DNA of 35,712 nucleotides, from positions 1-35,712 of the forward strand of contig CAZOYD010000036.1 of assembly GCA_964583985.1 (NCBI GenBank), given 5' to 3'. Below the pieces are notes generated by a model. The model searched no databases. It had not been told where the DNA came from and was given only the letters and a program-made list of their open reading frames with translations. The stretch comes from an uncultured archaeon (GTDB lineage Archaea > Asgardarchaeota > Lokiarchaeia > Sigyniarchaeales > SOKP01). A program made the translations under genes and the position numbers. Of this stretch, positions 27,100 through 35,712 are shown piece after piece (position 1 is the stretch's first letter; every line of letters begins with the position of its first letter).

Positions 27100-28581
27100 G
27101 TGAAACATATGGAAGAAAATGAAAATCAATCAACACCAGAGGAGATTGAGAAGCAAAAAAAGATTGTCGTTCAGTTATATAAGAAAGAAAAAGAAGAACG
27201 GGAAGAATACTTTAAAGAATTCGAAGTGGAACGCAAAAAGAATTTCGAAGAAAGTATGGAAATGATCTCTGGGCTTATTTCAGAGAAGGCTTTCCTCCGT
27301 GATAGACATCGACAAGAAGATATACAGAGAATGGGATTAAATCCGCAAATAGAAAGTAAAGGAGAAGCAATTGAAAAAGACATTGAACAGAAGGCATTCT
27401 TAAGAGAAAAACAAAGATGTGAAGACTTACAACGAATGGAACTTAAACCAGATATCAAGGGTGTTGGAGAAATTATCACTAAATCTATCGATGAAAAAGC
27501 ATTTTTAATTGAGAAAAAAAGGGAATCTGATATCCAACGAGCAAAATTAAAACCTGATTTGGAAAAATCTATGGAAGCGATAAGTAAATCAGTTGATGAA
27601 AAAGCATTTATGATACAGAGAAAAAAAGAGGATGATGAAACGAGATTACAAATTAAGCCTGACATGGAGTCGACTGCTCAAGCAATCAGTAAAACGATTA
27701 ATGAAAAAGCCTATATCAGAGATAAACAACGAGAAGAAGATTTAAAGAGAATGGAAATTCATCCTGACTTCAGAACAACTGGTGAGGCTATTAATAAAAC
27801 CATCGCAGAAAAAGCATTTAGAATAGATAAGCAGAGAGAAACTGATCAAAATCGATTAAAGATTAAACCAAATATCGAGGAAGCTACTGATGCAATCAAA
27901 CAAACCATTGATGGAAAAGCATTTCGTATTGAAAAGCAGAGAGAATTAGATCAAAAGAGATTGGGATTACATCCTGAATTTGAAAAATCTGCTGAAGCCA
28001 TCAACAAGACTATCGCAGAGAAAGCATTTCTTAGAGAAAAACAAAGAGAAGATGATTTCAAACGGATGGAAATCCATCCAGAATTTAGAAAAACGGGAGA
28101 AGCCATCGATAAAACTATCGCAGAAAAAGCATTTAGGATTGATAAACAAAGAGAGATTGATCAGAAGAGATTAGGTGTAAACCCAGATAAGGAAAAAATA
28201 GGTCATGCCATTGAAAAAGTCATCGAAGAGAAAGCATTTCTTAGAGAAAAACAAAGAGAAGAGGATAGTAAAAGAGTTGCTATTAAACCAGATTTAGAAT
28301 CTGCAAGCAAAGCCATAAAGTCATCCATTGATGAAAAAGCGTTTAGAATTGAAAAGAGAAGAGAAATTGATAGTAAAAAAATGGAATTACATCCCGATTT
28401 TGAGAAAACAAGTGAAACCATTGAAAAAGTATTTGAAGAAAAAGCTTTTTATCGGGAAAAGCAAAGAGAAGAGGATCGTAGACGATTTGAAATTAAACCC
28501 GATATCAAAGGACTTGGAGAAAAATTAGAGAATAAAATTGAAAAAATCGAAGAAAAAAAACGAGAAGAAAGTCTTGATTAA
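27100..28581 (+). CDS. Highly charged tandem-repeat protein, 12 x 35 aa
   Basis: Consensus xEKAF(LR/RI)(E/D)KQRExDxKRxx(I/L)xP(D/E)xExxxEAIxKxI recurs with an exact 35-residue period. Confidence 0.9.
   Translation: MKHMEENENQSTPEEIEKQKKIVVQLYKKEKEEREEYFKEFEVERKKNFEESMEMISGLISEKAFLRDRHRQEDIQRMGLNPQIESKGEAIEKDIEQKAFLREKQRCEDLQRMELKPDIKGVGEIITKSIDEKAFLIEKKRESDIQRAKLKPDLEKSMEAISKSVDEKAFMIQRKKEDDETRLQIKPDMESTAQAISKTINEKAYIRDKQREEDLKRMEIHPDFRTTGEAINKTIAEKAFRIDKQRETDQNRLKIKPNIEEATDAIKQTIDGKAFRIEKQRELDQKRLGLHPEFEKSAEAINKTIAEKAFLREKQREDDFKRMEIHPEFRKTGEAIDKTIAEKAFRIDKQREIDQKRLGVNPDKEKIGHAIEKVIEEKAFLREKQREEDSKRVAIKPDLESASKAIKSSIDEKAFRIEKRREIDSKKMELHPDFEKTSETIEKVFEEKAFYREKQREEDRRRFEIKPDIKGLGEKLENKIEKIEEKKREESLD
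27280..28540 (+). repeat. Coding tandem repeat, 105-bp unit, about 12 copies
   Basis: Recurring gaaaaagcattt...aaacaaagagaa elements at 105-nt spacing. Confidence 0.85.
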
Positions 28582-28591
28582 GCATTTTATT

Positions 28592-29083
28592 TTAAAATCC
28601 ATAATCGTGTCTAAAATTAGTACTAAAGTTTGTAATTTCCAATCTTTTTTTATATTTAAGAATTGAAGGCTCAATACGACCATCAAAATGATTAATACTT
28701 CCTTCAAACCGTGTATAAAAATCCTGAACAATCTGTTTTAGAATTGATCTTTCAATATTTAAGCTTGTTTTTCGAGTAATTGCGATTACCAATAATCTTC
28801 CATATCGTTCATATAAAATTCTTGTTTCATCGAAATTGATTTCTTGAATCTCTTCAGACTTATTGCCAGGTTTTACCTCTTTAATGAATAGATTTAACGC
28901 ATTTAAAAACCCCCCAATTAAATCCATATCAATCGAACTATCAGGATTTAATGAATACTCTTTACTTAATAATAATGAACCTGTTATTTTATCTAAGAAA
29001 TATATTGCTAGAAATCGATTAGAATCTGCATCTTGTTGACTATCAGTAAAACCAAATGATCTGATATCTGAATTTCGATACAT
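28592..29083 (-). CDS. Longin-like domain protein
   Basis: AIYFLDKITGSLLLSKEY...DLIGGFLNALNLFIKEV...IQEINF...LLVIAIT...LKQIVQDFYTRF fits the beta-beta-alpha-beta-beta-beta-alpha pattern of Asgard longin-like proteins. Confidence 0.7.
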   Translation of the reverse strand: MYRNSDIRSFGFTDSQQDADSNRFLAIYFLDKITGSLLLSKEYSLNPDSSIDMDLIGGFLNALNLFIKEVKPGNKSEEIQEINFDETRILYERYGRLLVIAITRKTSLNIERSILKQIVQDFYTRFEGSINHFDGRIEPSILKYKKRLEITNFSTNFRHDYGF

Positions 29084-29308
29084 GGGCTACCATTTTGAGT
29101 TTGAATTTTTAGATTTAATTGCTATCACGCAATTAATTATTAAATATGATAAAGTACAAATGATCTGAACTTAACTCTGGTTTAAAAATTGAATGTTATC
29201 TTAATGACACCATTATATCTTATCTAAAAATAATAATATAAAAAACCAAAAATTAAAAACAAACGATTTTTATTATTAGACATATATTTTTTCAAATAAC
29301 CTTGGTTT

Positions 29309-29785
29309 TTGATAAAAATGGAAATTAATTCAAACGTAGATGAATATAAAAAAAAAATCTCAACCGGTTTAATTATTTCTAGAAAAATATTAGATCAAAC
29401 AATCTTTCCAGAAGAAATTAAACTAGAGATAGCTAAAACCCCTTACTACCTTCTTATATTTATTTCTCGGGAGGATGTTATAAAGATCAGCTGTTTTCCA
29501 ACCAAAACTAACTCAATTAAAAAGATTTTGATTAAATTAGAAGAATTTTCCCCAGAAATTGTAAAAGGTATCTCAGAAGTACTAAATAAGTTAAATTTAA
29601 TTAAAGATATCCTTCATACAACGGGAATATGTTATGAATTAGAAAATTGTTTTTATGAGACTTATTTAATTGGAGATCTCATCGATCAAAATTCCGATTA
29701 TAATGAAAAAATTGAACAAGAATTTATAAAATTACCGAGAGTTAATAGCGTTGTAATAGAGGATATACTAACTCAAGAAGGATAA
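29309..29785 (+). CDS. Hypothetical protein with a possible C-terminal ACT-like domain
   Basis: ILIKLEEFSPEIVKGISEVLNKLNL..ILHTTG...LPRVNSVVIE resembles ACT topology. Confidence 0.55.
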   Translation: MIKMEINSNVDEYKKKISTGLIISRKILDQTIFPEEIKLEIAKTPYYLLIFISREDVIKISCFPTKTNSIKKILIKLEEFSPEIVKGISEVLNKLNLIKDILHTTGICYELENCFYETYLIGDLIDQNSDYNEKIEQEFIKLPRVNSVVIEDILTQEG

Positions 29786-29818
29786 TGGAATTTCTAATCT
29801 GGAAAAAATTTTCTGCTT

Positions 29819-30229
29819 TTATCCACTTTTTTCATGTTCCATATTGGTTTTTATAGCACTCAGAGTTCTCCAAGTTTTCCAAAAAATTAGCAACATTATT
29901 GTAAAAATAAAAAGAGCGGTGATGAATGTATATCCTCCAATGAATGGATCTATTATTATCATAAAAAAAATACCAGCTACCGAAAAGCCTATCATGTAAG
30001 CATATCCCCAATAACGATCTTTTAAAGATATTATAATCGCTGGAATAAATGTTGTTAAAATTATTGATAAGAAAGCAAGGACCTCAACACTTCGAGGAGA
30101 ATTATAAATAAAGATCATATTAAACCACGAAATTACAGAACCAACAATACTCCATAATATCGTTTTAAAATTCACCGTAAATTCTGGTTCGGCGCCTCGA
30201 ATTCCTTGTTTTTTATCGTGATCATTCAT
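29819..30229 (-). CDS. Hypothetical integral membrane protein (about 4 TM)
   Basis: Four hydrophobic segments in 136 aa. Confidence 0.7.
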   Translation of the reverse strand: MNDHDKKQGIRGAEPEFTVNFKTILWSIVGSVISWFNMIFIYNSPRSVEVLAFLSIILTTFIPAIIISLKDRYWGYAYMIGFSVAGIFFMIIIDPFIGGYTFITALFIFTIMLLIFWKTWRTLSAIKTNMEHEKSG

Positions 30230-30419
30230 TGCATTTCTTACAAAAAAATCTAATTATGGTCAGTTCCGAAAATATCTATTTCTGTTCATGAATTATTTTA
30301 AATAGGTAGAAGGATATATATTACTTAAGATAAAAATTGAATTAAAATATTCGTAAATTTCTTATATAAAATTATACTATGAGAAAAAAAGAAGTAAATA
30401 ACGTAAAACCATTAAATAT

Positions 30420-30563
30420 GACTCCTGCCTCACCCTGGATTTTTGTCTTTTGGTAGCGCTTAATGCGCTCTTATTTCGCCCTCCAAGGTACGTGGCACAC
30501 GCGAACCTGGGGAATCCCCCTTTAATTTTTCTGACCTTATCATTAGGTCTCGGGGCAGGAGTC
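30420..30563 (-). ncRNA. Unclassified structured RNA (multibranch, about 145 nt); strand tentative
   Basis: GC-rich island closed by a terminal stem with 11 Watson-Crick pairs in 12 (30420-30431/30552-30563), enclosing several small helices. Minus-strand joiners are A-rich. Confidence 0.6.
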
Positions 30564-30855
30564 TCTCTTTCTTCCATCATTAAGTTTTGATTAATTACTT
30601 AAATTTTTGAATGAAAAAGAATTAGATTTTCATCAATGGGTATATATGATTAAAAAAAGGAAAGTTCTATTTTTCATAAAAGATTTTACGTTTCAATTAT
30701 ATCTGAAAAGAGAACAATTTAATTACTATCTGACTCTTCTTTAATAATACTTTTACAAATATGTTTGACGCGATTAAATTTTTAAGTAAAAAAGTGTTAT
30801 TTGATTAATTGAATATTTGTTCAAATAGAAATAAAATTGAAAAAAACTGATTCAT

Positions 30856-32556
30856 ATGACCGAAGAAATTATTAGACGTACGCGTAGCATTTGTCCAGAA
30901 TGCATGAAAACCATTGATGCAGAAATTTACGTTGATCCAAAGACAGATTTCGTCATGATGCGAAAAACATGCGAAGAACACGGAGAATTCAAAGATAAGC
31001 TCGCAAGAGAATCTGAAGAATACAAGTGGGGAGAAACTTTCACTGATGAGTTAGGATCTACTATTAGCAATTCAACAAAACCAGAATATATAAATTCTGG
31101 AATAAAGGACATCGTAAATGGATGCCCTAATGATTGTGGTTTGTGCGATCATCATCAATCCGCTCCAAATATCGCCCTAATTGATGTTACAAATCGATGT
31201 AATTTGACTTGTCCCATCTGCTTTGCAAATGCTAGTGCCAAGGGATATGTGGTCGAGCCTACATTCGATCAACTTGTACAAATAATGCAACATTTTAGGT
31301 CAATGAAACCCGTTCCTCCAGTTTTGTTACAATTATCCGGAGGAGAACCTACAGTGAGGGACGATCTTCCCGATATCATTCGAAAAGGTGTAGAATTGGG
31401 TTTTGTTGAAGTAATGGTCACTACTAATGGAGTAAGATTTGCTAAATCACCAGAATTTATGAAAAAATGTATGGATGCTGGCATGAAAGCCGTTTACTTG
31501 CAATTCGACGCAACTGATGATCCAGAAGTATGGAAAAAAATAAGAGGAGTCAATTTATGGCCTCTAAAGAAAAAAGTATTTGAAAACGCTCGAAAAATCG
31601 GATACTATGGAATTGTATTAGTACCTGTTATAGCTAAGGGAGTAAACGATCATCAAATAGGTCCGATAATGGAGTTTGCAAAACAAAATACTGATCTGGT
31701 TACAGGGATAGTATTCCAACCAGTTTCACTCTGTGGTCGTATAAGTTTCGAAGAATTAATGGATTTACGATATACTACTTCTGATTTGAAAGTAGCTATC
31801 AATGAAGCCACAAATAATGCAATTACGAGATTTTATCCCATAGCAACTACAGCTAAAATGACGAGATTACTAGCGTGGTTTGATGATGTGCCAGAATTTT
31901 CTATGACAAGCCATAAAGATTGTGGATTTGCCACCATTTGTATCGTCAATGACAAAGATGAATGGGAACCTCTTGATAAATATTTTGATGTGGAAGGATT
32001 AGTTAGATGGTCAAATAAGACCTATGATATGGTACAGAAACAAGAAATACCAAAACCAACTGGATTTTTAAAGAATATAAATCTTGAAGATTTAGGTGCC
32101 GTTCCTAATACTATCGGTAAATTTATTGATGATATGACAAATTTAGGATATCGTCAAATGATGAAAGCATATTATCTTGCCGGTTCAATGCGTTATGTCA
32201 AGAATCCAGCGAAAGTATTGACCAGTAAGACATTTCAAGGATTTGCTCGTTTGGTCATGGCCCCAAATCTATCCTCAGCAACCAACTTTTTACACACTCG
32301 AAATCTCTTAGTTAGTGCCATGCACTTTCAAGACGCATACAATTTTGATCTTGACAGGGTCTGTAAATGTTTAGTCCATTATGGTGTAATAGATCCAAAT
32401 GATCACACTAAAGTGTTAGAGATCCCCTTCTGTGCCATGAACACGATACACAGAGAGAGGATAGAGCTAGCTAACGCCATCCAAGGCGAAGAAGCCAAGA
32501 AAGCAGAAGTCATACAAGCTGAGATTGAAAACTTGATAAAAACCGTTGAAAAATAA
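30856..32556 (+). CDS. tes: Tetraether lipid synthase (Tes / GDGT-MAS; MJ0619-family radical SAM)
   Basis: N-terminal SICPEC...KTCEEHG, CPNDCGLC, DVTNRCNLTCPICFAN, C-terminal FQDAYNFDLDRVCKCLVHY...IPFCAMN. Confidence 0.88.
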   Translation: MTEEIIRRTRSICPECMKTIDAEIYVDPKTDFVMMRKTCEEHGEFKDKLARESEEYKWGETFTDELGSTISNSTKPEYINSGIKDIVNGCPNDCGLCDHHQSAPNIALIDVTNRCNLTCPICFANASAKGYVVEPTFDQLVQIMQHFRSMKPVPPVLLQLSGGEPTVRDDLPDIIRKGVELGFVEVMVTTNGVRFAKSPEFMKKCMDAGMKAVYLQFDATDDPEVWKKIRGVNLWPLKKKVFENARKIGYYGIVLVPVIAKGVNDHQIGPIMEFAKQNTDLVTGIVFQPVSLCGRISFEELMDLRYTTSDLKVAINEATNNAITRFYPIATTAKMTRLLAWFDDVPEFSMTSHKDCGFATICIVNDKDEWEPLDKYFDVEGLVRWSNKTYDMVQKQEIPKPTGFLKNINLEDLGAVPNTIGKFIDDMTNLGYRQMMKAYYLAGSMRYVKNPAKVLTSKTFQGFARLVMAPNLSSATNFLHTRNLLVSAMHFQDAYNFDLDRVCKCLVHYGVIDPNDHTKVLEIPFCAMNTIHRERIELANAIQGEEAKKAEVIQAEIENLIKTVEK

Positions 32557-32753
32557 GTTAATTTTATAATTTTTTACTCTTCTATTTTTATTCATTTTAG
32601 GAGTTTTCCTTTTTATGCGATGAATGCGATCTAGAGGGAAATTGTAAACCGTGGAAATCTATTTTCTTAAAGATATTTAAGTCAAGTTAAAAAATAAATC
32701 TTAAAAGCTTTAGCACGTCTTAAGATAGTAAGAATCGAAAATATTATTGATAT

Positions 32754-33386
32754 TTGATTCCATCTCATATTATAAGTAAAAATTACAATTACTTTTTTCA
32801 ATACATGACTGATAATTCTGACTTAATTGGGGAATACAAGGGGACAGTAAAAAATAGCGTTATAACCGCTTTATTGCAAGCGTATTTGGATTCCCTTGAT
32901 TATGACGGCATGAAGTCAATCTTAAGAGAAGCAGAATTATTAGAGTTGAAAGATACGAGAGATGTCAATCCAGATGGTGAAATTGATTTTTTTTCATTTA
33001 AAAAGTTAATTGCAGCTCAAAATTGTCTTCTATATGAATCTAATCAGTTACTTTATGAGATCGGAAGAAAATTTTCATTTTATTTGTTTCCATATGGGAA
33101 AAGTTTTATAGAAATAATTTCCGAGATAACCAAATTAATAAAAACTAATTGGGATGTTCAAATTAAAGAGAGTAACGAAAATCGATACGTTATAGAAATT
33201 AAAAAATGCGTATTTTGTTCTGAGATTGGAGTTTCTTGTGATTTATTCAGAGGTTTCCTTATCCATTCATTAGAGAAATCTCTTTCTTCAGAATATTCCC
33301 TCTTTTCAGAGGTAACAAAAGAAAATATTTTTGATCCAACACATAATTCTTTTATATTGATTTTAAATCTTGAAAAAAGAAAATAA
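32754..33386 (+). CDS. V4R-domain-like protein
   Basis: LYEIGRKFS, YVIEIKKCVFC, SCDLFRGFL. The likely start is the ATG at 32805. Confidence 0.65.
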   Translation: MIPSHIISKNYNYFFQYMTDNSDLIGEYKGTVKNSVITALLQAYLDSLDYDGMKSILREAELLELKDTRDVNPDGEIDFFSFKKLIAAQNCLLYESNQLLYEIGRKFSFYLFPYGKSFIEIISEITKLIKTNWDVQIKESNENRYVIEIKKCVFCSEIGVSCDLFRGFLIHSLEKSLSSEYSLFSEVTKENIFDPTHNSFILILNLEKRK

Positions 33387-33500
33387 AACAGCTATGAAGA
33401 AACATTAATAAAAGCAAAAATCAAAGAAAAATTATAAAAAATTTTTTGCAAAATTTATAATTAATAAAGTTGTAAAATAAAACTCTTAAGATATGATTTC

Positions 33501-34037
33501 ATGATGAATGAAGAACGTGAATATGTTTTTAAAATAACGCTTCTCGGCGATGCTGCAGTTGGCAAGACATCATTGATAAATCAGTTTGTCGAAAATACAT
33601 TTCAAGAAGATTATAAACCAACTCTGGGTGCAAATATCATCCGTAAAGATGTAATCTTAGAGGAATTTAATGCAAAATGTAGATTAATTGTGTGGGATTT
33701 GGCAGGACAAGAGAAATATAATGTTGTAAGAAGTTTATATTATCAAGGATGTGTTGGCGCTTTATTGGTTTATGATATTACTCGAGTTGTCACTTTTGAA
33801 AATATCGAGTCGAAATGGTTGAATGATTTTAAAAAATATGTGAAAAAAGAAGGCGTATATTTGTTAATCGGTAATAAAAGTGATTTAAATGAACAAAGGG
33901 TGATTCAAACCAGCGATGGAAATCAATTAGCCGAAAAAATTAAAGCCAGTAAATTCATTGAAACAAGCGCTAAATTTGGAGAAAATGTAAATAACGCTTT
34001 TAAAACACTTGTTTATCAAATTCTTGAAAACCAATAA
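33501..34037 (+). CDS. Rab-like small GTPase (Ras superfamily)
   Basis: GDAAVGKT, YKPTLG, WDLAGQEKY, YYQG, LLVYDIT, GNKSD, ETSAK. No C-terminal prenylation cysteines. Confidence 0.95.
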   Translation: MMNEEREYVFKITLLGDAAVGKTSLINQFVENTFQEDYKPTLGANIIRKDVILEEFNAKCRLIVWDLAGQEKYNVVRSLYYQGCVGALLVYDITRVVTFENIESKWLNDFKKYVKKEGVYLLIGNKSDLNEQRVIQTSDGNQLAEKIKASKFIETSAKFGENVNNAFKTLVYQILENQ

Positions 34038-34175
34038 AACAATTAAGTTAATTCTGGTTTTTAGCAAATTATAATGAAAATGCACCTATTTATCAATTAA
34101 AACATGGCTATTTCATTATCTCTATATTTATAAAATATTATGACCTTTAATTATCATCAATAGGATGCCATTCAC

Positions 34176-35327
34176 ATGAGAGAATTATCAACTAAAGTAT
34201 CAAAAGCACCACGTTCAAAAATTCGGGAATTAATGGATCTTGCAGCGGGAAAAAAAGATGTTATCAGTCTAGGTATTGGACAACCCGATTTTTCAACACC
34301 TGAGCCTGCAATAGAAGGCAACATTAACGCCTTACGTAAAAAAATCACTTATTATGCCCCAACTAGAGGAATTCCAGCACTTTTACAAGAATTAGAGAAG
34401 AAAATGAAACGTTCTAATAACATTCAATCCAATTGGAATGAAAATATTATCCTGAGTAATGGTGGTTCTCAGGCATTGACACTCGCTTATGCAACTTTAT
34501 TTAATCCAGGTGATGAGCTCATATTATCATCACCTAATTTCATTTCTTATTATTATTGTGCTTTATTTTTTGGAGTAAAAGTGATTGAAATTGAGAGGAA
34601 TGATGATTTTAGCACAAATATTGAAGAAATGGAAAGAGCTATAACTGAAAAAACCAAGGCGATTCTAATAAATTCTCCAAATAATCCAACTGGACATGCA
34701 TTAAGCTCTGAGGAATTAAATAAAATAATAGAAATAGTAAAAAAACACGATTTATATCTGATATCAGATGAGGTCTATGAAAATTACTTGTATGATGGTT
34801 ATACACATGCAAGTCCTGCTTCTTTTGATGGAATGTTTGAAAGGACTGTAACGATAAATGCTATGTCCAAATTATATTCTGCAACTGGATTTAGGTTGGG
34901 ATACGTGGTTGCTAAAAAAGAAATAATAGATTTAATGGAAAAATACCATCAATATACCGCTGCGGGAACAAATCACGCCGCTCAATATGGATTTCTAGAA
35001 GCTTTGAAAATGAATCCTCACTTTTTTGATAAGATTTTGGAAAGTTTTGATAAGCGCAGGTTATTTGTTTATAAACGTTTAAAGGAATTGAATTTTGATG
35101 TTGTGAAACCTAAAGGAGCGTTCTACATAATGCCCTCGGTCTCGCATTTCAATATGAAGGGTTCTGAATTTGCAGAAAGAGTCATGAAAGAAAAAGGGGT
35201 TGCTATCGTGCCTGGTAATATTTTTGGGTCTTATTCTGAAGATAAAATAAGAATATCTTATGCAACAGAGTTTAATCTATTAGTTGAAGCTTTTGATAGG
35301 ATTGAAAAATTCGTATTTGGGTTATGA
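34176..35327 (+). CDS. PLP-dependent aminotransferase class I/II (aspartate aminotransferase-like)
   Basis: ISLGIGQPDF, NSPNNPTG, SDEVY, SKLYSATGFRLG, GAFY, IRISYA. Confidence 0.94.
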   Translation: MRELSTKVSKAPRSKIRELMDLAAGKKDVISLGIGQPDFSTPEPAIEGNINALRKKITYYAPTRGIPALLQELEKKMKRSNNIQSNWNENIILSNGGSQALTLAYATLFNPGDELILSSPNFISYYYCALFFGVKVIEIERNDDFSTNIEEMERAITEKTKAILINSPNNPTGHALSSEELNKIIEIVKKHDLYLISDEVYENYLYDGYTHASPASFDGMFERTVTINAMSKLYSATGFRLGYVVAKKEIIDLMEKYHQYTAAGTNHAAQYGFLEALKMNPHFFDKILESFDKRRLFVYKRLKELNFDVVKPKGAFYIMPSVSHFNMKGSEFAERVMKEKGVAIVPGNIFGSYSEDKIRISYATEFNLLVEAFDRIEKFVFGL

Positions 35328-35350
35328 TATACTTCGCGCTTAATTGAAAC

Positions 35351-35710
35351 TTATTTTAAATAAGTAGAAATGAGGGATTTGGTTAAGAATTTAGTAGCAT
35401 TACACACATCTTTAACTTTTATTCGTTCATCACGAGCATGAATGAATTTTGGGTCTCCAGGACCAAAAATAATGAATGGAACAGAGCCTTTAGGATCTAC
35501 TAGATTTGCTGCGTCAGTTGCATACGGTAATCCTATAAGTTCTGTATTTACGATATTAAACAAATTTTTAATTAAAGGATGATCTACGTCTGTTTGGAGC
35601 GCGGGTAAATTTTTAAGCCTTTCAAGTTCAAGAACACAAGATCCTATATTAATTTGCTGCAATTTTTGAATAACCATTTCGGGATCTTCTTCTGGCACTA
35701 ATCTATAATC
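35351..35710 (-). CDS. C-terminal part of an M20 family metallopeptidase (ArgE/DapE-like), truncated by the window
   Basis: The frame is open to the window edge (DYRLVPEED...). It contains ATDA, FGPGD and HARDERI. Confidence 0.85.
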   Translation of the reverse strand, partial: DYRLVPEEDPEMVIQKLQQINIGSCVLELERLKNLPALQTDVDHPLIKNLFNIVNTELIGLPYATDAANLVDPKGSVPFIIFGPGDPKFIHARDERIKVKDVCNATKFLTKSLISTYLK

Positions 35711-35712
35711 TA

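Noticed and set aside
27171-28528. Antisense and alternate-frame ORFs within the repeat gene
   Set aside because: They are shadows of the repetitive purine-rich coding strand.
27280-28540. CRISPR array
   Set aside because: The repeats are degenerate, in-frame 105-bp coding units without unique spacers, and there are no cas genes in the window.
30420-30563. Hammerhead ribozyme, Moco riboswitch, tRNA or SRP Alu identity for the structured RNA
   Set aside because: CUAAUGA differs from the hammerhead CUGANGA and sits in a hairpin. There is no Moco CCUCCC/GGAAAG element, no cloverleaf or T-loop, and no SRP helix 8. Only short chance resemblances remain.
30377-30580. 67-aa minus-strand ORF
   Set aside because: It coincides with the GC-rich structured island, so it is likely a by-product of low stop-codon density.
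1417-31484. The remaining short (60-105 aa) ORFs overlapping well-supported genes
   Set aside because: They are antisense or off-frame to clear genes and have no motifs.
32604-32641. SECIS-like hairpin downstream of tes (TTTCCTTTTA...ATGA...GA...TAGAGGGAAA)
   Set aside because: There is no upper helix or apical AA loop, and tes has no in-frame UGA. It is at most a weak 3' UTR hairpin.

Overview
AT-rich archaeal chromosomal window, most likely from an Asgard archaeon of the Lokiarchaeia type. The assignment is inferred from archaeal core genes (aIF2-gamma, TFS, form III RuBisCO, tetraether synthase Tes) found together with eukaryotic-signature genes (ribosomal eL22, a Rab-like GTPase, longin-like and V4R proteins). 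About 30 protein genes can be supported, mostly housekeeping or metabolic. No tRNA, CRISPR array or mobile element was seen. The most striking signals are: (1) a circularly permuted 5S rRNA-like gene on the minus strand at about 1116-1236, with the 3' two-thirds encoded before the 5' third, helix I closed by a tetraloop, the break in loop C, and a 13-bp inverted repeat around the whole unit; (2) a protein of twelve exact 35-aa repeats with a nebulin-like P...(S/D/N/A)EKA(F/Y) motif; (3) an unclassified ~145-nt multibranch structured RNA at 30420-30563; (4) an HhH domain fused to aIF2-gamma; (5) a ~260-aa non-intein insertion in an ABC-transporter NBD. All calls were made by eye from motifs, and no database search or folding program was run.
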